Origin: Candidatus Fervidifonticultor quintus
Lineage (GTDB): Bacteria; Sysuimicrobiota; Sysuimicrobiia; Sysuimicrobiales; Humicultoraceae
NCBI GenBank assembly: GCA_031459535.1
Contig: JAVKIJ010000053.1
Span: 1 to 22,066 of the forward strand
Length of the DNA: 22,066 bases
Reading direction: 5' to 3'
The notes beneath the pieces were generated by a model. It saw only the letters and a program-made list of their open reading frames with translations, did no database searches and was not told the origin of the DNA. Of the stretch, positions 16,301 to 22,066 are shown one piece after another. Each line of letters begins with the position of its first letter. Position 1 is the first letter of the stretch. The translations under genes were made by a program, and so were the position numbers.

Positions 16301-16329
16301 ACGATAGCAGGTGCGGCGGGGGGTGTCAA
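16301..16329 (-). promoter_or_regulatory. Sigma70-type promoter of the csp gene
   Basis: On the minus strand, TTGACA (16329-16324), 17 nt, TATCGT (16306-16301), preceded by an extended TG. Confidence 0.75.
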
Positions 16330-16377
16330 TCGCGGCCGTGTCGAACCCCGAGGAGAGCATGTGAGGGCGCTTGGGCC

Positions 16378-17625
16378 ATGACCGAGAGAACGTACCGGCG
16401 CGATAGCTACCGGCGCCAGTGCACCACGGTGGTGACGGCGAGGAGGGCGATGGCGGGCCGCGGCCCGGCCATCGCCCTGGAGGAGACGCTGTTCTACCCC
16501 GCCGGCGGCGGTCAGCCCGCAGACCGCGGCTATGTGGACGGCCTGGCGGTGATAGACGTGGTGGAAGAAGACGGGCAGATCTGGCACGTGCTTGAGACGT
16601 CCGCCGGTGTGGACGGAGGCGTGGCTGCGGTGCCCGCTTTGGGTGCACGGGTGGTGGCCACCATCGACTGGGACCGGCGCTTCGACCACATGCAGCAGCA
16701 TACCGGGCAGCACATCCTCTCCCAGGCCTTTCTGCAGGTCCTGGACGCCCCGACCGTGTCGGTGCACATGGCGCGCACGTGCACCGTGGATCTGGCGATC
16801 GCGTCGCTCGATGACGAAGCGATCGCGCGGGTCGAGCGCCTGGCCAACCGCATCGTGATGGACAACCGACCGGTGCACATCCGCGAGGTGGATGCCACCG
16901 AGGCTGCCAGAGCGGGGCTGCGGCGGCCGCCCAGGCAGACGGGACTCATCCGGGTAGTGGAGGTGGAGGGCTTCGACCGCTCGGCGTGCGGCGGTACCCA
17001 CGTGCGTGCCACCGCGGAGGTCGGACCGGTGCTGATTCGTCGTTGGGAGCGCTACAAGGGCGGGGTGCGCGTCCAGTTCCTCTGCGGGTGGCGGGCCATC
17101 GGCGACTACGACTACCTGCGCAGGTTCGCGCGGGAGGTGGCCGCCCGGTTGACCGCGGGTGAGGCCGATGCCGTCGAGGCAGTGAGGCGCCTCCAGGATC
17201 GCGTGCGCGATCTGGAGCGCGACCTCCAGGCAGCCCGCGACGCCCTCCTGGAGCACGAGGCCGCGCGTCTGGTGGAGGCGGCCGGCGGCCCGCCGGGGCC
17301 CGATGCGCCCCGTATCATTGCCGCTGCCCTCGCCGGCCGGTCCATCGCGGAAGTCCGCGCGCTGGCCCGCCTTATCACCTCGCAGCCGCACCGTGTGGCG
17401 GTGCTCGTCTCAGCCCAGGACGGGCGAATGTTCGTCGCACGGAGCGCCGACGTGGACTTGGACGCGGCTGCGGTTGTGCGGGTTGTGGTCGGCGCCTTTG
17501 GAGGGCGCGGCGGTGGCCGGGCCGAGGCCGCCGAAGGCGCCGCGCCGGCCGCGCCCTCGGCCGACGCGCTGGTGGAGGCCGCACGTGCAGCCGCCGCGGA
17601 GCGCTGCCGCTTGGCCGGGGGGTGA
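16378..17625 (+). CDS. alaX: Alanyl-tRNA editing protein (AlaX-L type with C-terminal DHHA1/C-Ala domain)
   Basis: [24 protein letters not shown] (HxxxH), CGGTH (CxxxH) zinc motifs, a coiled-coil segment and GGRGGG. No aminoacylation domain. Confidence 0.9.
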   Translation: MTERTYRRDSYRRQCTTVVTARRAMAGRGPAIALEETLFYPAGGGQPADRGYVDGLAVIDVVEEDGQIWHVLETSAGVDGGVAAVPALGARVVATIDWDRRFDHMQQHTGQHILSQAFLQVLDAPTVSVHMARTCTVDLAIASLDDEAIARVERLANRIVMDNRPVHIREVDATEAARAGLRRPPRQTGLIRVVEVEGFDRSACGGTHVRATAEVGPVLIRRWERYKGGVRVQFLCGWRAIGDYDYLRRFAREVAARLTAGEADAVEAVRRLQDRVRDLERDLQAARDALLEHEAARLVEAAGGPPGPDAPRIIAAALAGRSIAEVRALARLITSQPHRVAVLVSAQDGRMFVARSADVDLDAAAVVRVVVGAFGGRGGGRAEAAEGAAPAAPSADALVEAARAAAAERCRLAGG

Positions 17626-17629
17626 TCGG

Positions 17630-18808
17630 GTGGAAGAGGGACGCGTCGACCAACACCGGCTGACCGATCTGCTCCGACGCTTGGTCGCGGTCGATTCGGT
17701 GAATCCCTCGCTGGTGCCGCACGCGCGAGGCGAGGGCGAGATCGCGGCGCTGGTGGCGCGCGAGTGCCGCCAGGCAGGGCTGGAGGTCCACATCGACGAG
17801 GTGGCCGCCGGCCGCCCCAATGTGATCGCCCGGGTACGCGGCCGCGATCCTGGCCGGCGGCTCCTCCTCAATGGCCACACGGACACGGTCGGGGTCGAAG
17901 GGATGCGGGAGCCCTTTGCCGGTGTGGTGCTGGGCCGGCAGCTCTTCGGCCGCGGCGCCTATGACATGAAGGCGAGCCTGGCCGCCATGGTCGAGGCGGG
18001 CCGCGTGCTCGCCCGCGGCGGTCTCGCGGCCGGCGAGCTGGTCCTGGCCTTTGTGGTGGACGAGGAGTACGCCAGCATAGGCACCGCCGATCTGATCCGC
18101 CGCTACCCGGCCGGTGCCCTCGCCGACGCGGCCATCGTGACCGAACCCACCGCTCTCGAGGTCTGCGTCGCTCACAAGGGGTTCGTCTGGGCCCGCATCG
18201 AGATCAGGGGCCGCGCCGCGCACGGCAGCCAGTACCGCCAGGGCGACGACGCCATCGCGCGCATGGGGCACGTGCTGGTGGCGCTCGACCGGCTGGAGCG
18301 CGAGGTGCTCCCGCAGCGCAGGCACCCACTGCTGGAGCGTCCCTCGGTGCATGCGTCCACAATCCGCGGCGGGCTGGGCCCCAGCACGTACCCTGACCGA
18401 TGCATCCTGGAGCTTGAGCGTCGCACGCTGCCCGGTGAGACCGACGAGATAGTGATGGCCGAGTTGCAGCGCCTGGTAGAAGAAGCGGCGCGCTCATCGC
18501 CTGGACTCGATGGCCGCGTGGAGATTCTGCTGAGCCGACCGCCATTTGAGATCCCCCACGACGCCCCCATCGTTCGCGTGCTGGCCGAGGGCGTCCGCCA
18601 GGTGCGCGGCCAGCCGCCGAGGCTGGTCGGCGAGTTCCCCTGGTTCGACGCCGCGCTGCTGGGCGAGGCCGGCATCCCCACTGTCATGTTCGGACCGGCC
18701 GGGGCAGGCGCCCATGCGGAGCAGGAGTGGGTGGACCTGCTGTCGGTGACGACGTGCGCCGAGGTCCTGGTCGAGGCCGCCCGGCGCTTCTGCGCAGGTG
18801 AGCCGTGA
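17630..18808 (+). CDS. ArgE/DapE-family M20 deacylase
   Basis: DSVNP, LNGHTDTV, GRGAYDMK, VDEEYASIG, TEPT, AHKG, GRAAHGS and GAHAEQEWV motifs. GTG at 17630 follows the alaX stop. Confidence 0.92.
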   Translation: MEEGRVDQHRLTDLLRRLVAVDSVNPSLVPHARGEGEIAALVARECRQAGLEVHIDEVAAGRPNVIARVRGRDPGRRLLLNGHTDTVGVEGMREPFAGVVLGRQLFGRGAYDMKASLAAMVEAGRVLARGGLAAGELVLAFVVDEEYASIGTADLIRRYPAGALADAAIVTEPTALEVCVAHKGFVWARIEIRGRAAHGSQYRQGDDAIARMGHVLVALDRLEREVLPQRRHPLLERPSVHASTIRGGLGPSTYPDRCILELERRTLPGETDEIVMAELQRLVEEAARSSPGLDGRVEILLSRPPFEIPHDAPIVRVLAEGVRQVRGQPPRLVGEFPWFDAALLGEAGIPTVMFGPAGAGAHAEQEWVDLLSVTTCAEVLVEAARRFCAGEP

Positions 18809-19590
18809 GGATCGTGACGCTGCTCACCGACTTCGGCCAGGCTTCGCCGTATCCCGCAGAGATGCGCGCGGTGCTGTGCGCTGGCTGTCGTGCCCGGGTG
18901 ATGGATATCACCCACGAGATTCCGGCCCATGACATCGCCAGCGGCGCCTATGTGCTCGCCGCCGCGGCCCCGGCGTTTCCGGCTGGGACGGTGCACGTGG
19001 CGGTGGTGGATCCGGGCGTGGGCACGGCGCGGTTGCCGCTGGTCGTGGCATCTGGGGGGCACCTGTTCGTGGGTCCGGACAACGGCTTGCTGATGCCCGC
19101 GGCGCGCGCGCTGGGGCATCCCCGGGCACATGTCATCGATGAAGAACGCTTCGGCCGGCCGCCGCGGTCAGCCACGTTTCACGGTCGCGATCTATTCGCG
19201 CCCGCGGCCGCCGCGCTGGCCAGCGGGCTGCCCGTCGAGCAGATGGGCGCACCGGTGGCGGCGCTGGTGGACCTCCCCGAAGTCCAGCCCGCGCGCGCGC
19301 CTGGCGTGCTGACCGGTCAGGTGGTCTACCGCGATGCCTTTGGTAATCTGGTCACCAACATCCCGGGCGACTGGCTGCGGACATGCCCCGAGTCCTGTGT
19401 CCTGGACCATCCCCGTGGCCGGGTCCGCGTCCGGCGCGTCCGCACGTACGGGGAAGGCGACGCCAACGAGCCCCTGGTGCTGGTGGGGAGCAACGGGACC
19501 ATCGAAATCGCCATCCGCGCCGGCCGCGCGGCCGAGGCGCTGGGCGTGGAGGCCGGCGCCCCGATCGCTCTGCGTGCGGGTGACGGGTGA
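18805..19590 (+). CDS. SAM hydroxide adenosyltransferase (DUF62 SAM hydrolase; chlorinase/fluorinase superfamily)
   Basis: TLLTDFG, DITHEIP, VVDPGVGTAR, GPDNGLL, TFHGRDLFAP and DAFGNLVTN motifs. GTGA overlap with the upstream gene. Confidence 0.92.
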   Translation: MRIVTLLTDFGQASPYPAEMRAVLCAGCRARVMDITHEIPAHDIASGAYVLAAAAPAFPAGTVHVAVVDPGVGTARLPLVVASGGHLFVGPDNGLLMPAARALGHPRAHVIDEERFGRPPRSATFHGRDLFAPAAAALASGLPVEQMGAPVAALVDLPEVQPARAPGVLTGQVVYRDAFGNLVTNIPGDWLRTCPESCVLDHPRGRVRVRRVRTYGEGDANEPLVLVGSNGTIEIAIRAGRAAEALGVEAGAPIALRAGDG

Positions 19591-19631
19591 GTGGACACGG
19601 GGAGGGTAGGGCCCCGGAGCGTCCCCGATTG

Positions 19632-19640
19632 TGGCATAAT
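19632..19640 (+). promoter_or_regulatory. Putative extended -10 (TGgCATAAT) upstream of ccdA
   Basis: AT-rich TGGCATAAT in the intergenic gap, 17 nt before ATG 19658. No SD. Confidence 0.45.
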
Positions 19641-19657
19641 ACCCGCGAGCGCGTGTC

Positions 19658-20386
19658 ATGAACGAGGTCAACGTGGTCCTGGCTTTCGCCGCCGGGGTCC
19701 TGGGGTTCCTGAGTCCGTGCGTGGTGCCCCTGATTCCCGGATACCTGTCGTTTGTCTCCGGCCTCCAGCTCGCGGAGATGTCGGTGGCGCAGCGTCGTCA
19801 GCATCTCGCCCGGGTGCTGGCGGCCACGGCGCTCTTCGTGCTGGGGTTCTCGACGATCTTCACCGCATTGGGCGCATCCGCCTCGGCCCTGGGCGGTCTC
19901 GTCCTCGACAACCGCCTCCTGTTGACTCGCATCGGCGGCGTGATCGTGATCGCCCTGGGACTGGCTGTGCTGGGTATTTTCAAGGTACCCGGGCTCTACC
20001 GCGAGCGCCGGCTCCTGGTCCGTCGGAACCCACTGGGGCTGGTCGGTGCTGTCCCGGTGGGGATGGCATTCGGCTTTGCCTGGACGCCGTGCGTGGGTCC
20101 CGTGCTCACGGCGGTGCTCACCCTTGCCGCGGCGTCGCAGACGATCAGGTCGGGGGCGCTGCTGCTGTTCGCCTACTCGCTGGGGTTGGGACTGCCGTTT
20201 CTGGTCACGGCCGTCCTGATGACCGCCGCCTTCGATACCGTGGGATGGTTGCGGCGCCACGCCCGTTCGGTCACCGCGGTCAGCGGCGTGTTCCTCCTGG
20301 TGATGGGGATCGCCATGGTCACCGATCTGCTCTTCAGCCTCAACGCCTGGATTCTTCGGTTCGTGCCATTTCGACCGGTGATCTGA
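19658..20386 (+). CDS. ccdA: Cytochrome c biogenesis / thiol-disulfide transporter CcdA
   Basis: LSPCVVPLIP and WTPCVGP redox cysteine motifs, YSLGLGLPF, and multiple TM segments. Confidence 0.93.
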   Translation: MNEVNVVLAFAAGVLGFLSPCVVPLIPGYLSFVSGLQLAEMSVAQRRQHLARVLAATALFVLGFSTIFTALGASASALGGLVLDNRLLLTRIGGVIVIALGLAVLGIFKVPGLYRERRLLVRRNPLGLVGAVPVGMAFGFAWTPCVGPVLTAVLTLAAASQTIRSGALLLFAYSLGLGLPFLVTAVLMTAAFDTVGWLRRHARSVTAVSGVFLLVMGIAMVTDLLFSLNAWILRFVPFRPVI

Positions 20387-20422
20387 GGTGACGGCGCAGC
20401 TTCTGCGTGGGGAGTCGGGCTG

Positions 20423-21805
20423 ATGAGGCGGTGTACCTTCGCCCCGCCGTCGCGCCAGTGGATGCTGATCGCGCTGGCGCTGCTGGCGGTCGCCCTGGTG
20501 CCGCTTGCGGCAGCGCCTCCCGCCCGGGCCGCGGACGCAGGCCTCGTCCTGGAAGGGCTGGGTGTCCTGCGCGAGCGCTATGTGGACCCCGTGGATCCGG
20601 TGGCGCTGATCAATGGGGCCATCAGCGGGTTGCGGGCAACCCTCTCGGCTGCCGGCGTCCAGGCCGAACTGCCCGACGTCGCTGCCGGCACCCCGGCCGC
20701 CGCGGCGGAGTCCGCCTTTCGCGCGCGCTTCTCGGCGGCGCTGGCCGCGGCCGGTGGCCGCGTACAGACCACGACGCTAGCCTACAATGCGCTGCGCAGC
20801 ATGACCGCCCTGCTCAACGACTCGCACACGGCGTTCATCACACCGGAGCAGAACCACGAACGCCAGCTCCGCCAGCGACGACAGGCGGCGTTCTCGGGCG
20901 TCGGCGTGGTCCTGATGCCGCGCGAGGGCCGCTTCTACATCCGCGACGTGATCCCGGGCACGCCCGCCGAGGTGGCCGGCGTCCAGGCGCTGGATCGCAT
21001 CGTCCGCATTGACAACACGCCGACGGCAGGCCTGCAGACCGAGCAGGTGGCCGGGTTGATCCGCGGCCCGGCGGGCACCATCGTCTCGCTGGTCCTGGAC
21101 CGGCCTGGGCGCGCCGACGCTGTGACGCTGTCGGTCACCCGCGCACCGATCCAGATTCCTGCCATCTTCCAGGCCCGGGTGCTGGAGGGCGGCGTCGGGT
21201 ACCTGCAGTTGTACCAGTTCGTCAACCGCACGGGAGCGGACTTCCGCCAGGCGCTGGAGCGCATGACGCATGGGGGCATGCGGGCGTTGGTGCTCGACGT
21301 CCGCGGGAACAGCGGGGGCTTTCTGCACGAACTGACTGCCGTGCTCAACGCCCTCTTACCGCCGGGCCGGCCCGTCTATCAGGAGACCACCCGGGGTGGA
21401 CGGACGCGCACCGTGAGGACGGCGGGGACGCCCGTTCTGCCGTGGCATGTCCCCATGGTGGTGCTTGCCGATGAGGGCACGGCGTCGGCCGCCGAATTGC
21501 TCGCTGCTGCGCTCTGGGAGCACGGCCGCGCGACGTTGGTGGGCGCCAGGACCGCCGGCGCGGTGGAAGCCAGCGTGCTGGTCGACCTCTCGGACGGCTC
21601 GGCGCTCAGCGTCACGATCCTGCGGCTGACCACGGGTGGGGGCCGGCGCCTGGAAGGAGTCGGGATCGCCCCAGAGGTACCAGTCGCCATGGCGGTGGCG
21701 GAGCTGGATCAGGGGCGTGACCCGCAGTTGCTGCGAGGGCTCCAGCTGGCGCGCCAGCGGATCAGCACCACGCGCGGCAGAGGACTCACCGCCAACAGCC
21801 GGTGA
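20423..21805 (+). CDS. Secreted S41-family peptidase with PDZ domain
   Basis: Signal peptide ending A-R-A, PDZ (FSGVGV...GTPAEVAG...IRGPAGT), VGYLQL, LVLDVRGNSGG, GTASAAE and GIAPE motifs. Confidence 0.9.
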   Translation: MRRCTFAPPSRQWMLIALALLAVALVPLAAAPPARAADAGLVLEGLGVLRERYVDPVDPVALINGAISGLRATLSAAGVQAELPDVAAGTPAAAAESAFRARFSAALAAAGGRVQTTTLAYNALRSMTALLNDSHTAFITPEQNHERQLRQRRQAAFSGVGVVLMPREGRFYIRDVIPGTPAEVAGVQALDRIVRIDNTPTAGLQTEQVAGLIRGPAGTIVSLVLDRPGRADAVTLSVTRAPIQIPAIFQARVLEGGVGYLQLYQFVNRTGADFRQALERMTHGGMRALVLDVRGNSGGFLHELTAVLNALLPPGRPVYQETTRGGRTRTVRTAGTPVLPWHVPMVVLADEGTASAAELLAAALWEHGRATLVGARTAGAVEASVLVDLSDGSALSVTILRLTTGGGRRLEGVGIAPEVPVAMAVAELDQGRDPQLLRGLQLARQRISTTRGRGLTANSR

Positions 21806-21832
21806 TCCGCGCAGAAGGCCTGGGCTGACTCG

Positions 21833-22066
21833 ATGCTGCCCGCGGAGCGACTTCGTGACAAGTTGATTGTCGCCAACGGCAAGGGCGTGCAGGTCTATCG
21901 CGACCTGGTCGGTGCCTACCGCTTCGAGCGGTTCGAACTCTACCTCGACAGCGTCCACCCAGATCCGGCGTCGCCCTCATGCCGCGCGCGGGTGCGCATC
22001 GACCAGGCGGAGGCGCAGGTCCCCAGGTGGCTGTGGGAGGTACCCGCCCTGCGGCCGGCTGCTGAG
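21833..22066 (+). CDS. COG3044 'ABC-class ATPase' domain protein, N-terminal part (runs off window)
   Basis: Open from ATG 21833 to the window end: MLPAERLRDKLIVANGKGVQVYRDLVGAYRFERFELYLDSVHPDPASPSCRARVRI..., resembling the COG3044 N-terminus (L..IDGKGY.AYKDL.G.Y.F..F.L.IDHVQGDPFA.PSR.RV). Not in the ORF track. Confidence 0.7.
   Translation, partial: MLPAERLRDKLIVANGKGVQVYRDLVGAYRFERFELYLDSVHPDPASPSCRARVRIDQAEAQVPRWLWEVPALRPAAE

Noticed and set aside
16351..16364. AGGAG-agc-ATG-TGA start-stop mini-ORF upstream of alaX
   Set aside because: The SD-ATG spacing is only 3 nt, and I cannot show this region is transcribed on the plus strand. Probably chance.
16238..16648. Extended 203-aa cold-shock protein
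   Set aside because: The extension crosses the csp promoter and the antisense alaX start. The 66-aa protein from ATG 16237 is canonical.
18805..19590. Fluorinase/chlorinase (halogenase) suggesting an organohalogen pathway
   Set aside because: It retains the Asp-Arg-His hydrolase triad (DPGVGxxR, TFHGRD), which halogenases lack, and there is no biosynthetic cluster around it.
1..22066. CRISPR array, tRNA/rRNA, prophage, toxin-antitoxin or defence system
   Set aside because: I saw no regularly spaced repeats, cloverleaf or rRNA-like segments, and no such protein motifs. Intergenic gaps are short and composition looks uniform apart from the IS end.

Overview
High-GC bacterial chromosomal window of densely packed metabolic and housekeeping genes. 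It begins with the 3' end and right terminus of an IS481-family element, inserted just past the stop of an adenine-deaminase-family gene whose motifs fit the YerA/N6-methyladenine-deaminase branch. Next come an MBL-fold hydrolase, an nfnAB-type electron-bifurcating transhydrogenase pair, pepA, an ornithine cyclodeaminase/mu-crystallin protein, two M20 hydrolases, an unknown membrane protein, YceI, a COG2426 membrane protein, a stand-alone speD-type pyruvoyl decarboxylase, AEC and MFS transporters, an AsnC domain protein, yggT and a cold-shock protein. The right end is a co-oriented run: alaX, ArgE-like M20, DUF62 SAM hydrolase, ccdA, S41 protease and a truncated COG3044 ATPase. I found no CRISPR array, RNA gene, prophage or defence island, and no clearly novel multi-gene system. 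The best leads are the non-canonical catalytic residues in the S41 protease and the deaminase, the orphan speD homolog with a palindromic operator, recurring alternative-sigma promoter motifs, and a possible metabolite/translation damage-control theme. All family assignments come from recognising motifs by eye, not from database searches.
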